DNA of 64,000 bases from Chiloscyllium plagiosum (Eukaryota). This document shows positions 13,892-27,245 of this stretch, piece by piece (the first letter of the stretch is position 1; every line of letters starts with the position of its first letter). The notes beneath the pieces are model-generated. The model was not told where the DNA came from. It did not search any database and saw nothing but the letters and a program-made list of their open reading frames with translations. The stretch is from contig NC_057711.1 of assembly GCF_004010195.1 (NCBI RefSeq), positions 76,277,817 through 76,341,816 on the forward strand. The letters run 5' to 3'. Both the position numbers and the translations under genes were made by a program.

Positions 13892-14319
13892 ACAAGTTAG
13901 CCAGGAAAGACCTAAAGAGAGAGCTAAGAAGAGTCAGGAGGGGGCATGAGAAGTCATTGGCAGGTAGGATCGAGGAGAACTTTCTCCATCCATTCATAAA
14001 GATGTTGTGAAATTTGAAAGGGTTCAGAAAAGATTTAAAAGGATGTGTCAGGATTGGAGGATTTGAGCCATAGGGAGAGGTTGAATAGGCTGAGCCTGTT
14101 TTCCCTGGAGTGGAGGAGTCCAGAACTAGATGGTGTAGGTTAGCGGATGATGATGGTTAGCACGAGGCGACATAGCTTTAAATCGACAGGTGATAAATAT
14201 AGGATAGAAGTCCGAGGTGGTTTCTTTACTCAGAGTAGTAGGGGTGTGGAACGCATTGCCTGCAACAATAGTAGACTCACTAACTTTAAAGGCATTTAAA
14301 TGGTCATTGAATAAACACA

Positions 14320-15210
14320 TGCTGGTTGACCAGGCATCCCTAGTTGCCTTGAGAAAATGGAGGGGAGCTGCCGCCTTGCAGTAAATATATTGGTAGTGGG
14401 TTGAATGGATGCTTGTGAATGTGATGCCAGAAGTGGGCTGTTTTGTCCTGGTTGATGTTGATGTCAAACTTCCTGAGTGTACTCATCCAGGCAAGTGGGA
14501 AGTACTTCCTCACTCTCCTGATTTTGTGTCTTGTAGATGGTGGACAAGATTTGGGCAGTGGTTAAATTGTCTCCTATTAGAGATGGTCATTGCATGGCAT
14601 TTGTCTGGCCTAAATGATGTTTGCCACTTGTCAACTCAAGCCTGGATATTGTGCAGATCTTGTTGCATTTGAATATCATTTGGGTTCAGTATCTAGAGAA
14701 TTGCAAATGGTGCTGAACATAATACATGATCATCCCTAGTTTTGACTTTCTAATGGAGGGAAGGTTATTGATGAAGCAGCTGAAGATGGTTGGGCCTAAG
14801 ACACTACCCTGAAGAGGTCTTGCAGAGATGTCCTGAAGCTGATATGATTGACGTCCAATAACCACAACCATCTTCCTATGTGCCAGGTATGACTCCAACC
14901 AGTGGAGCGCTTGCCTCCTGATTCCCATTGATTCTAGTTTTTTTGGGTCTCCTTGATGCCACACTTGATTGATTTGCAGCCTTGATGTCGGGGCTGTTAC
15001 TCTTACCTTACCACTAGAATCCAGCTCTTCTCTCCGTGTTTGAACCAAGGCTATAAGAAAGTCAGGAGCGGAGTGATCCTGGAGGAACTCAAACTAGGTG
15101 TCATTGAGCATGTTATTGCTGAGCACCTGCTGCTCGATACTCCCGTTGATGACACCTTCCATCACTTTATTGATTGTGAATAGACTGATGGGGCGATAAT
15201 TGGCAGGGAT
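14320..15210 (-). mobile_element. Non-LTR retrotransposon RT fragment (second CR1-group-like family)
   Basis: ORF 14686-15048 contains QVWHQG, WLESYLAHRKMVVV and LQGSVLGPTIFSCFINNLP. Confidence 0.8.
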
Positions 15211-15439
15211 ATAATATGATTTCAATGTCTCTCGGTTACTTTTCCAGCAAAGTGACTACAGTTATTGCCCTTATAAATAAAGTATCTCTAGTGGAAAGCA
15301 CCCCAAGAAGGTTTGCATCTTTGGAAAAACAGTAATACTGAGTCAAAAAGGGTATTATGAGGATGGGATTGAAAGTTTGACTGTCAGAGTCTTCCGTGCA
15401 TGGTTTTCTTTTCCTCATTTTAATTGCATGTTGTATTTA

Positions 15440-16135
15440 CCTTGCAGTCAGACACGTCTGGTATTGTGTCCTGGGCTGAACTACCATTACCTCAACTAAG
15501 AAAATCATAACTATCATCTTTTGGCTTCCACAACAAACTTTATACTTTGCCATGTAGTTACTTCTCCTCTGCAGTCACTATGATTCAATGACTCAAACAA
15601 ACTATTCGTTTGTAACCTCAATTCCATTTAACACTGTGTAGACCTGCTAAACATACGTAAACACTGTCAGTCACAAAGTTCGCCTCATTACATCTGCAGC
15701 TGTCTTCATTTTTGCTTTAACTCATCTGCAGTCAAATCTCTTATGGTTTTACTTTTCCAGTTTCTTCTGTTCAATATCCCTCTGCATCCACCATAAAATT
15801 AAATTCATCCAAAACTCTGCCAATGTCCTACTGTGCTCTCATGCCAGTGCTTGTTCAGTCCTTGTCCAGGGTCACAAATGAAAAACTTTCACCATCACAT
15901 TGCCATCCTTCATGATCTTGCCATCCCCTGCCCCACCTCCATCCATCCAATTTACCCTGCCATTGCTGGATATGACTGTAATCATCCAGGTATTGAACTT
16001 TGACATTCTGCCATGTTCTGTCATTCTGCTTTTTCTTTAAGACCCTCTGTAAAGCCTACTAGTTCACTTTTATCCAGTCCTCCTGGCATTTACTGCATTG
16101 ACTCAATGTTGAATTTGTGGCGTATTTTTATAAAG
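15440..16135 (+). mobile_element. Ancient L2-like LINE fragment
   Basis: Decayed L2-type segment (ctcatccaaaactctgc, KLELIQNSAA-like) and an L2-like 3' region. Highly diverged. Confidence 0.45.
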
Positions 16136-19100
16136 TCATTCAGCACAGAGGCTTACCTACGCCTGATCACTACCTTAAAATTCAATCAGATTTGTTACGT
16201 GTGATCTCCTCAGTCAAAACCGTGCTGACTACCCATGAGCAAAGTTTGCCTTTCCGAGGGGAGATTAATTCTCTCCAGTAGTTTTCATCTCGTTGATGTG
16301 AGAATCAATTATCTCCAATTCCCTGGTTTATTCATACCCCTCCTTGTAAAGTGGAACCATACTAACTGTCCTGCTGTCCTCCAGTCCTCTGGCACCTCCC
16401 CTTTGGCCAGAGGAGACTTTAGAAATTGAGTCAGAGCCCCTGTAATTTCTTGTCTCATTTCCCAAATCTGGATACAATTCAATTGGACCTCTGGGTTTGT
16501 CCACCTTTTAAGCTTGCCAGAACCTCTAACACCACCTCACTCTGAGATTGCATGACATATTCTATTCTTGATTCTGCTACTCTTTTAGTCAGCAAAATTG
16601 TTTTGAAATTAACATTAAGTCAGAATATAAAAGATTCCTTCAATTTACAGCAAACTGATTTGTAAAAATTTCAATCGCTGCTTTTCATACTGTTGATTGT
16701 TGGCCCTACTCATTAAATAACACAAAGCTTACAGGAAAAATGGCTTTTGAAGGAAATGTGGTGCGTTTTAAATGCTAAAAAGCAGTTTAACATTGTTGGT
16801 ATATTTTATATGTATGTAACTTGAGCATAGCCTGCTTGTTGCTGTAGTGATACTTCAAATTTTGGTGGCACTTGCTTGATCATAAATGACGATAAAATCC
16901 TAAATACAAGCAAGAAGGAAAGGTATGGTAAAATATTCTGCAGTGGTTTCAAAGCAATTATAGGTCGGAGCTGAAGATATTCTCACATCAGCGCCACACA
17001 AAATCAAATGGTTGAGGAGGCTGACAACGTCACATTTTACTTGGAATTCTTTTGTATATTAAGATCATAGGGTAGCCATGAATCTACAGGAATGAAGACT
17101 TGCTCTGGTAATGAGAGAGGCCCAAGAATTCTTGTCAGACCCATTGCAGTGTGGTATTCGCATAATTGTTCGTGGAACTGTAAACATTAATTATCTAAGA
17201 TTATAGTGTTTAAATTTAGTTTTTGTATTCAATTTAATCAACTATAAAACATTGCAGTGTATACTTTTTTTTGGCAATGTGTTGGTACAGAATACATTTT
17301 AAGGATTAGCGGGGATAATATAGAAAAAGGAAAACACTTTATTTTGAAAGCAACCTGAAATCATTGGTGCTGGGTACTGTGACCAGAATTTCCTATATCC
17401 ATTGGATGAAATCACTGCTTATAACCCCGTGGGAGCCTTGTCCACAGGAAGGAAAATGAGGCCTCTGCCCATCAACTTATTTCAAGTATCATAAATTTCC
17501 ATGGAACATTTTAAAAACATTTTTTGAGACCAGTCCAATGCAAATGATTTAAAGGGCACAAGTAACTAAAGAAGCTAGCAGGACTATGACTGTATTAATC
17601 TACAGCTGCAATTTCTCCTGTTAAGACATACACTTGCATGAGTATTTGCAAACGCTTCATATTGCAAGTCAGCATGCTGGTAGTGACGCTGTCACGGAAT
17701 CATTGCAAGTAACCCGTAGGAGTTGTGACGAATGTAACATCTAAAGCATTACAGCACTCATGTATGCAGTCAATTAGGAAAAGATGAAGAAATTTTGTTT
17801 CCAAAGGCTTCTGATATTTGGGTAGTAGATGGGGTGAGCCAGCAAGTGGTGCTTTTCTGCCTTTTTGAGCCATTCTCTGCCTCTGACTTTTCTCGCAAAA
17901 GGAAATTCTACTGAAGGAATTTCTTCTTGGGTTGCTGCTAGCACCACATTTTAAAATTTGCTTTTTATTTCAGATCAGATTGCTGGCAGGGTGGATCTGT
18001 TTCAGGCCAAGACATGATTGTGAGTTTAATAATCCACCATTAGAGAATTTTCAAAATGCTAGCTGGCCACATCTGGTGAGGCGTGAAGGTTGGCTCACTT
18101 GGCACAGTACGCTGTGTACTTATAATTATTCTCCAAGAAAGTGTATTCAAACTTGATTAATTATATGGGCACATGGGTTTTGTGTAGCAGTGAAATGAAT
18201 CTGCCCCTTGTGAGCTATACAGTCTACCCCTCTCATGGCAGTGTCTTATTTCATTGCCTCCATCACCCTCCCAAACAAACTAGAGAAAAGAGGATTTCCT
18301 TGAGAAAATACTCATAGTTCTACATTTTGGGCTAAATTTAAAAGCTGTTCTATGTTCCTCGTACAAACTGCTGAAACCTCTTAAAGTGAATGTGGAATCT
18401 TTAGTGATTTGAATCACTAACCCTTCTCTCATCTCCGAGAACTTGAAGAGCAAAGTTATTCCAGAGGCAGAATTGCATTCAACAAGTGAATGGTTTTTGT
18501 TCTATTCAACTCTTTTTTTTGTTTGGTAGTGGATGGGGAGGATGAGGTTTTGATTTTGTGCACTACACACTATGTGCACTTGTTGATTATAGGTTTTTGC
18601 AACTAGGTCAGAAGCAAATGAATATCAGTGTGTTACATATTCATGTGGGCCTCATATTTTTGTTTGTTTGGTGCTGTTCATTCTATCTTTCTGAAGTCCA
18701 GAGTGGAGATGTTTGGTCTGATGGTGGCTTCTGAACTGTTTTCTTTTCAGTATAATTTCCCCTGCCATTAGCATAACTGATGGAAAAAAATCACATGCTT
18801 AGTGCAATTAAATTTTAAAATCTCCTCATTGTATTGGTTTACTGCGGGTTTTGCATCTTGTGATAAACAATTGAGTTTAGAGGAAAATGAAACATTTTGT
18901 AAAACAGATGCAATTTGTGCTGGAATGACCGATTATATCCATAGTGAAGAGTACCCAGTGGAGCGTCAGTCAGATCCCAATGTAGAGTTGTTTAATGTGT
19001 TAACTGAACATCAAATCAGAGCAAGTTGTGTCATTGAAATTGTGGCAGCATCAAATCGCCACATTGTAACTAATGAACACAGATTTTCAGAATCTGAAAG

Positions 19101-20464
19101 TGGAGACCCTTAGTCTGATAATGAGTTGTTGGATCCAGAGAAATCATGAATGAAAGCAAAATATTGTGGATGCTGAAAATAATTTTGGAGTCCAGTATCA
19201 TTCTCTTCATAAATCTTGGGCTGGTGACCTCATTTGAAACAATAAAGGCCATGTTACTTAAATTGAGTGAGAACAGTGCCAAGGATGCTCCACTAATTAG
19301 TGGTGTTCTAGAGATTGTGGTATTTAAATTAGTAGTACGTCTAATCAACAACAGAGATAGCCTATAATTCCAGTGCAATTGTTTTCTTCCCTTGACGAGT
19401 ATTCAAGGTGGCTACTAAAAAAAAACTGAACAATTCCTGTATGAAGCAACCTAATGACTTTAAAATAATTTATGGTTTGGGTGGCCATGGTGCAATATCA
19501 TGATTGGGACAGTATTAAGAACCAGAGGTCTGGACTAATAATTGAGCAATGTGTGCCCAAATCTTCAATAGTTGAGGAATTTATATGTAATTAATTAGAT
19601 AAATCTGAAATGAAAAGTGAATACCTGATAACTCTAGAACAATTGGGTTGCTACAGATGCAGCTCTTTAGAAGGATACCATTAGCATTGTCCATTGCACA
19701 ATTCTTGCAGAGATGGTGTCTCCATTTCACCCTGAGGAGACTATGCATTGGGTTCTTTGGCACTGTTACTGTGCTAAATGAGGTGAAATCTGAATAAATC
19801 TAATATCTTAGCATACTATCCATAAAATCATCAGCTTCAGCAATATCATGTTCTCTCAAAGCCTATAACTTCGTGTTGTTATGTGCCCTTGCTCTATGAT
19901 TGACATCAAACTGTCATATAAAAAGGACTAAGTGCATTTATAAATGAATTGCCAATCTGGTGAAGTTAGAACATCAGAGCCACATGCATAACAAATAAGG
20001 GAATCAGCATGCTATAGGCAACGTGGGAACATGAGAATTAGGAGCAGAAGTAGGCAATTCAGCCTTTTGAATCTACTTTAATAAAATCGTAGCTGATCTG
20101 ATTGTGGCTTCAACTTCAAATAATCTTTGCCTTGTTAGTAAAGTATCTTTCTCCTCCTATATTTTAAAAAATATTTGAATAGCTCAGCGTTCAGTGCTTT
20201 TCAGGGCAGAGAACCGAAGGACTGTCAAACCTCCAAGAAAGCAAAAAACAATGGACAATTTTTTTTTTTTCATTTATTCATTCTTGGAATGTGGAGTTCT
20301 CTGGCTGGGCAGTAGTTATTGACCATCTTTAATTAATGATGAGAAGGTGGCAATGAACCACTGTGGTCCATGTGTTGTAAATACACTCTCAATGTTTTTC
20401 AGGAGGGATATCGGAATTTTGATCCAATAACCATGAAGAAATGGCAATATATTTTCCAAGTCTC

Positions 20465-21702
20465 ACTTATATAAATAATTTGGATGTGAGCAAAGGTGTG
20501 GTTAGTAAGTTCGCAGATGACACCAAAACTGGAGGTGTAGTGGACAGCAAAGAAGGTTACCTCAGATTACAACAGGATCTTGATCAGATGGGCCAATGGG
20601 CTGAGAAGTGGCAGATGGAGTTTAATTCAGATAAATGTGAGGTGCTGCATTTTAGGAAAGCAAATCTTAGCAGGACTTATGCACTTAATGGTCAGGTCCT
20701 AGGGAGTGTTGCTGAACAAAGAGATCTTGGAGTGCAGGTTCATAGCACCTTGAAAGTGAAGTCGCAGGTAGATAGGATAGTGAAGAAGGCGTTTGGTATG
20801 CTTTCCTTTATTGGTCAGAGTATGGAGTATAGGAGTTGGGAGGTCATGTTGTGGCTGTATAGGCCATTGTTGGAATATTGCTTGCAATTCTGGTCTCTTT
20901 CCTATCGGAAAGATGCTGTGAAACTTGAAAAGGTTCAGAAAAGATTTATAAGGATTTGAGCTACAGGGAGAGGTTGAATAGGCCAGGGCTGTTTTCCCTG
21001 GAGCGTCGGAGGCTGAGGGGTGACCTTACAGAGGTTTTTATAAAATCATGAGGGGCATGGATAGGGTAAATAGACAAGGGCTTTTCCCTTGGGTAGGGGA
21101 GGGCATAGGTTTAGGGTGAGAGGGGAAAGATATAAAAGAGACCTAGGGGGCGGCACGGTGGCACAGTGGTTAGCACTGCTGCCTCGCAGCGCCAGAGACC
21201 CGGGTTCAATTCCCGACTCAGGCGACTGACTGTGGAGTTTGCACGTTCTCCCCGTGTCTGCGTGGGTTTCCTCCGGGTGCTCCGGTTTCCTCCCACAGTC
21301 CAAAGATGTGCAGGTTAGGTGAATTGGCCATACTAAATTGCCCGTAGTGTTAGGTAAGGGGTAAATGTAGGGGTATGGGTGGGTTTCGCTTCGGCGGGTC
21401 GGTGTGGACTTGTTGGGCCGAAGGGCCTGTTTCCACACTGTAATCTAATCTAATCTAATCTAATCTAAGGTGCAACTTTTTCAGAGGTTGGTGCATGTAT
21501 GAAATGGGCCGGTAGTGGTGCGGGCTGATACAATTGCAAGATTTAAAAGGCTTCTTGATGGGTATGTGAATACAAAGGATTTGGAGGGATATGGGCTGGG
21601 TGGGTGCTGGCAGTTGGGACTAGATTGGGTTGGAATATCTAGTCTGCATGAATGAGTTGGACCGAAGGGTCTGTTTCCACGCTATACATCTCTAAGACTC
21701 TA
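20465..21702 (+). mobile_element. CR1 LINE 3' portion with a nested SINE
   Basis: ORF 20441-20959 contains SKFADDTK, QWAEKWQMEFN and RPLLEYCLQFWS. The 3' UTR ends in a ctctaagactctaa repeat. Confidence 0.92.
21146..21468 (+). mobile_element. Young full-length HE1/V-SINE-like SINE
   Basis: Head GGGCGGCACGGTGGCACAGTGGTTAGC, B-box GGTTCAATTCC, central GTGGAGTTTGCACGTTCTCCCCGTGTCTGCGTGGGTTTCC and a (TAATC)5 tail. CpGs are retained. Confidence 0.93.
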
Positions 21703-21954
21703 AGTCAGATGGTGAGTGGCTTGGAGAGAAACTTGCAGGTGGTAGTGTTCCCAGTTCTTCTAGACTGTAATGCTGTGGGTTTGGATGGTGCTGTATGAGG
21801 AGTCTTGATGAATCTCTGTAAGTTGCCTTGTAGATGGTGTATTGTCCCACCGCTGTGCGTCAGTGGTGAAGTGAATGAATGTTTATGGATTTGATACCAG
21901 TCACGGAGCTTGGATGGTGTCAGGCTGCTTCAGTGTTGTTGGAGCTGCATTCAC

Positions 21955-22010
21955 CCTGGCATCCTGTCAAGCCCACATTCCTGGCATCCTGTCAAGCCCA
22001 CATTCCTGGC
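21955..22010. repeat. Perfect 25-bp tandem duplication
   Basis: cctggcatcctgtcaagcccacatt twice, followed by cctggc. Confidence 0.9.
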
Positions 22011-22497
22011 TTGACTTGCTTTGTATAGAGTTGAGATACCTGCTGCAGGATTCCAAATCCAGGATAAACACAGTATTTATATGGCTAGTCCGTTTAAGTT
22101 TCTGCTCATTGGAAATGCCCAGGAACATTTGCCTTGTTTGATAAGTTTAACTCCAGAAACATTGAAGAAGCAGCCTACATGATTGGCACTTCACTCATTA
22201 CCTGCAATCCTTTCATCTATTGCACACAGTGGTAACAGTGAAGATGCATTGTAGCAACTCAACTTGATTTCTTCAACATTGTCTTCTAAACTGCAGCTAG
22301 CAGTATTGAGTGTTACATGTGCATTGGAACAGTATTACCTACAAGTTCCCTTCAAATCATATCGGTCAGACTTAGAAATATATTGTCTATTTCTTAATCG
22401 TCACTGGTCCGAAAACCTTCACCCTTTTTAATAACGTTATGGATAGGCCTGTGTCACAGATGGCTAACTGGCACTTTCTTGGGAGCGTTTTGGGATA

Positions 22498-22570
22498 TGC
22501 CCGAAACGTCGATTCTCCTGTTCCCTGGATGCTGCCTGACCTGCGCTTTTCCAGCAACACATTTCCAGCA
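22498..22570 (+). mobile_element. Short hammerhead-family C fragment (3' half of the ribozyme only)
   Basis: tgcccGAAACGTCgattctcctgttccctggatgctgcc... is flanked by the TSD ttttgggata (22488-22497 and 22571-22580). Same family as 41854-42001 and 59932-60059. Confidence 0.8.
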
Positions 22571-22611
22571 TTTTGGGATAGGCAATGAACGCATATAATA
22601 AACAAATATTA

Positions 22612-23215
22612 AAAGACCATAAGACATAGGAGTGGAAGTAAGGCCATTCGGCCCATCGAATCCACTCCACCATTCAATCATGGCTGATGGGCATTTCAAC
22701 TCCACTTGCCCGCATTCTCCCCGTAGCCCTTAATTCCTTGTGACATCAAGAATTTATCAATCTCTGCCTTGAAGACATTTAGTGTCCCGGCCTCCACTGC
22801 ACTCTGCGGCAATGAATTCCACAGGCTCACCACTCTCTGGCTGAAGAAATGTCTCCGCGTTTCTGTTCTGAATTTACCCCCTCTAATTCTAAGGCTGTGT
22901 TCACGGGTCCTAGTCTCCTCGCCTAACGGAAACCATTTCCTAGCATCCACCCTTTCCAAGCCATATATTATCTTGTAAGTTTCTATTAGATCTCCCTTTA
23001 ATCTTCTAAACTCCAATGAATATAATCCCAGGATCCTCAGCCGTTCCTCGTATGTTAGACCTACCATTCCAGGGATCATCCGTGTGAATCTCTGCTGGAC
23101 ACACTCCAGTGCCAGTATGTCCTTCCTGAGGTGTGGGGACCAAAACTGGACACAGTACTCCAAATGGGGCCTAACTAGAGCTTTATAAAGTCTCAGTAGC
23201 ACAACGGTGCTTTTA
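22612..23215 (-). mobile_element. Young 5'-truncated CR1 LINE
   Basis: Uninterrupted ORF2 C-terminus (LYKALVRPHLEYCVQFWSPHL...WNSLPQ...GKWS) followed by the 3' UTR and a ctatg-type tail. Confidence 0.93.
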
Positions 23216-23767
23216 TATCTTACCTGATCAATATATCTCAAATAGGAGTCATCAGTCATTTTCTTTGGTCTCCTGATATGGGGTATGGGATGACTTTTCA
23301 CCCAATTTCTCTTTATTAGGAGTTGGAAATTACCACTCTTATTGTGAAGTAGGAGATTTCTTGAAAAACAAAGAAAAAGCTGGCGTTTGAGCCATTCCAT
23401 AATGTTAGCAGAGATGGTAAAATCTGAAAGATATGGTATTTTTGCTAAAAAGTGAAAGCACTTTTACTTTGCTGTGATATTAATATAATTTATATTTATC
23501 AAGCACATTTTATCATAAAACATCCTAAGGCACTTTATAGTATGATATAATGAAATTTGATAGTTACTCATGTAAAGATATACAAGGAAGAATTGGGCTT
23601 TTGAGGAGTGTCTTATATCATGGGCTACCTAAAGGAGTAATTAAAGTCTGGGATGCTTAGGAGGGGAAAACTGGATGTGAGCATAAAACCTGGAGGATTG
23701 TGGGGATGGAAAATTTGTAGAGATTAAGAAATGGGCCAGAGACCACACATGTAACTAAAAATAAGAA

Positions 23768-24088
23768 TGGCAGCATGGTGGCTCAGTAGTTAGCACTGCT
23801 GCCTCACAGCGCCAGGGATCTGGGTTTGATTCCAGCCTCTGGCAACTGTCTGTGTGGAGTTTGCACATTCTCCCCGTGTCTGTGTTGACTTTCTCCGATT
23901 TCCTCCCACAATCCAAAAATGTGCAGGTTAGGTGAATTGGCCATGCTAAATTGCCCATAGTATTCAGGGATATGTAGATTAGATGCATTAGTCGGGTAGG
24001 GGGATGGGTCTGGGTGGGTTACTTTTCAGAGGGTCGATGTGGACTTTAAGCTGAAGGGCCTGTTTCCACACCACAGGGATTCTATGAA
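23768..24088 (+). mobile_element. HE1/V-SINE-like SINE
   Basis: Head, central domain and tail as at 21146. Confidence 0.9.
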
Positions 24089-25364
24089 TGAAGATTTTAA
24101 GGTAAAGATGTTATTTAATCAGGGTCATTGTAGCTTAATGAGTACAAGGGCAAGTGGCCCTTGATGCAACGTCAGGCATAAGCTGCAAAGCTCTTGATGA
24201 CTTCAAGTTTAAGGAGGGTAGAATTTGAGAGGGTTTGGGTTAGGATTAGTCAAGTCTAGAGGAAATAAAAGCATGGATATGATTTCTGAAGCTGATAGGT
24301 TTTAGCATTCTGAAGAAGAGTCATAACGGACTCAAAACATTAACACTGCTGCTTGATGTGCTTAGTTTCTCCAGTGTTCTCTGTTTGTTATGGGTGGCGT
24401 TTCATTAACAGACAAGCTGATGTAGGGTGGAGTCAGATGGTTGGAATTGACACCAAAGTTAGGTGAGAGTGATGTAGTTTAGCATCTCCTTGTCAACGGG
24501 GGGGGTGGTGGGAATGATGGTAATACAGTTGATGGCTAGGGATCAGCACTTGCCCTGTCCATCGATTTGCTGTGTGGTACGCCCCACTCCTCTTTCATGC
24601 CCCATCCTTACACATCCACTCTGGATTGTTTGGTATCCACCATCCCACTATAACTAGGTCAATCCCTCCCACTACAACGCTCCACTTTGCCTTCTTGCAG
24701 AAATCTCTGTAGCTTTTCAGTGACCAAAATACTGACGTTGCCTTTTTGGATGTCACTTCTTTAGCAAACACTCGTTTGTTTTACTGTCCGTGTATGGAAT
24801 TTCTAGCATACAATGTAGCCTCCACATTTATTTCCATAAATCTTTCCTTATTTTCCTACCAGTATTTAATTTCTGTTTATTGTTTCCTGTATGTCAAGCT
24901 GATAATGGAAAAACAATGGAGGAATAGTTTAAAGGTGGAGGAGAGGGAGAGAAGGTCTCATCGACTTAAATGAGAATGTGACATTCATTCTGAATGATGA
25001 TCCAATGAGCATCATATGGTTAAGAAGTAGGAGAAAAACAATGATAAATCAAAGTTTTAAAAAAATCTTAATAAGGAATTGGTATTGTAAACCTTATAAA
25101 ATGAAGGAAAAGTGCAGACTTAAAATCTAAACCCCTTGTTCCCATGAATACCTTGCATTAGCTAAATTGTTTATTGAGTTAGTTGATTTGGTAATAACTT
25201 GGATATAGGCAATATTAAGTTATTTACCTGAACAGAGGGAAGATTCAGTCCTTTGGTATAAATTTGTCAACCTCAGCTGCCATTTTAATGGAATTACTTA
25301 ATTTAAGTTGCTAGGTACATTTTGGTATTGAGGTATTTACAATAATTTAGAAGTAAATTTTCTT

Positions 25365-26260
25365 TCTTCACACTTGTGCATTTTCTCCTGGGACTAATAA
25401 TGACTTTATTCCACTTTGGTTAAGTGTGTCGTGAGATGATAACATAATCCAAAAGTGGGTTCTCAAACCATGCCAAAGGTGGGGCATGTGGTGTTTACTG
25501 AAATAGGTGGGTGGGATGCACACTCCTTCCACCGTTTTGTGCTGGACTTCAGTCTGGGCCTGTGAGAGATGCCCAGATTGTTTGTCACTTTCATGATGCA
25601 TTTCCAGTTTGGGTGGTCTTTGATTCCCATGAATTACTGTGGTATTGCATTTTTTTTTCAGCAAGGGCTTGAGGATATTCTTGAAGTGTTTTCTCTGTCC
25701 TCCTGCTAGCCAGGAGAAGAGTTGTGCAGTGGATACAGTCTGACAGAAGATCTTTGTCTCCCACATGCTTAGGCTAAAGCCCAGTCTCACTCATGCCTCT
25801 GTAGCTACAATTTGGAGCTCCTCTTTAAGTTTGTGCTTGTTGATGGAGGTTCGGTGGTCTTAGTTCTGGACTGAACGCGACACAGGTTGAATGGTTTCTC
25901 ACTCATCCTGAGGATGACTCCATATTAATAGGATGTTTCATGGATATTGAATTGTGTTGTGGTAAGAAATATGGAGAAGAGTAGTGGTGCACTGACACTG
26001 CATTGCGTGACCCCAGTTTGCAGATGTGTGGGTCCATCTTGGACCCATTGGTGAGCATTATGGCTTGTATAGCATCATGCCATGTGAAGGATGGTGATGA
26101 GTTGTTACTAGCAACCAGTTTGTGGAAGGTATTCCGTAGTCCTTTCCAATGGAGGACCATGCTCATGCTATAAAGTTGTTGAATTCCATGGTGAGTCTGA
26201 AAGCTGTAAATTGCCTGAACTAAAATTGAGGTATTGAGCACAAATACTGATTTGCATTTC
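25365..26260 (-). mobile_element. RTE-clade LINE remnant
   Basis: The minus strand shows a decayed GVxQxxVxAPLLFSIFL RT motif near 25965-26015, GGQRKHFKNILK, and a C-terminal Cys/His-containing tail. Confidence 0.65.
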
Positions 26261-26954
26261 TGTTACAGCCTCACCACCTCATGTCTTGTTTTGTTGCCTT
26301 TATTCTCAGCAGAGCTAACCTATTTTCTCTTACTCAAACCTATCGTTAACACTTACTTTACATCTCAATTGTTTAACCACCATTAGCACTCCTTTTTGTA
26401 TTTTGCTCTGGGCATCTGTTCCATTTGGTTCCCCCCCCATCAAACCCCATTAACAGCATAAAAAATATTATCTTCCACGTCCCTACAGAAGAGTTATTGG
26501 AATTAAAACACTAACTGTGTTTCTTTCTCCACAGATGCTGCCAGACCAGCATTTTCTGTTTTTAATACCAGAATTACCTCTGATACTGCCATCTAGTGTT
26601 AACATATTATGCAGAATTTGCAACACAGAACTGAGCCCTACAGTCAACTGGTTTATGCTGATGTATATATAAACCATATCAGCCTTCTCTTGCTTTAATT
26701 ATCTCTTATCACTTAATTTCTATATTTCTCTAATCTTTTTTGTATCGTTTAAGCCTTCCTTTTCTTGATTGCAGACTAAAGAACAGTTACGTTAGCCAGC
26801 TCTGTTTCAAACTGTTTTTTGATATTTGACAATGACATGAGTTTAAAATATGTTTTCAATCATGATTGGGTATGTAATCTTCAGAAAGTGAACAAATTTG
26901 TTTTTAAACAGGCAAATAAATAAAGACATCTTTTCTTGGTTTTGTCAGAGATCA

Positions 26955-27245
26955 ATTGGGCCTATACATATTGGAGTTTAAAAGAATGAGAGACAACCAT
27001 ATGAATCTTAGGGAGCTTAACAAGGTAGATGTGGAGAGGTTTTTTCCCTTGTTGGTGAGTCTCAGACCAGAGGACTATAATCTTATTAAGGGGTTGCCCC
27101 TTTATGACGAAGACAAGGAGGAATTTCTTCCGGGAATGCTGAAACTGTTGAGTTCTTCACCATACTGAGCAGTAAATGCTGGGTCATTTAAGTACATTCA
27201 AGGCTGAGAGTGACACTTTTAATCAGTAAAGAAAATGGCTAGTAG
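26955..27245 (+). mobile_element. CR1 3' fragment
   Basis: Translates to LGLYILEFKRMR...VDVERFFPL. Confidence 0.7.

Larger units (their letters stand above)
11900..14115 (+). mobile_element. CR1 LINE with ORF1 (Zn-finger plus SGNH esterase) and ORF2 AP endonuclease; RT largely deleted
   Basis: ORF1 motifs VQCSSCRMW...CRKC, ALVIGDSIVRG, HIGTND and DGLHLN. ORF2 motifs DVVAILETW, GGGVALFVK, GVFYR, VVVMG and ATLDLVL. The sequence jumps to the CR1 3' region at about 13980. Confidence 0.9.

Noticed and set aside
18802..19378. Cluster of 70-100 aa ORFs in non-repetitive sequence
   Set aside because: No recognisable domain or convincing splice structure; consistent with chance.
22696..23400. Longest ORF in the window (234 aa, minus strand) as a host gene
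   Set aside because: The C-terminal 170 aa or so are CR1 ORF2, and the N-terminus is chance read-through from flanking DNA.
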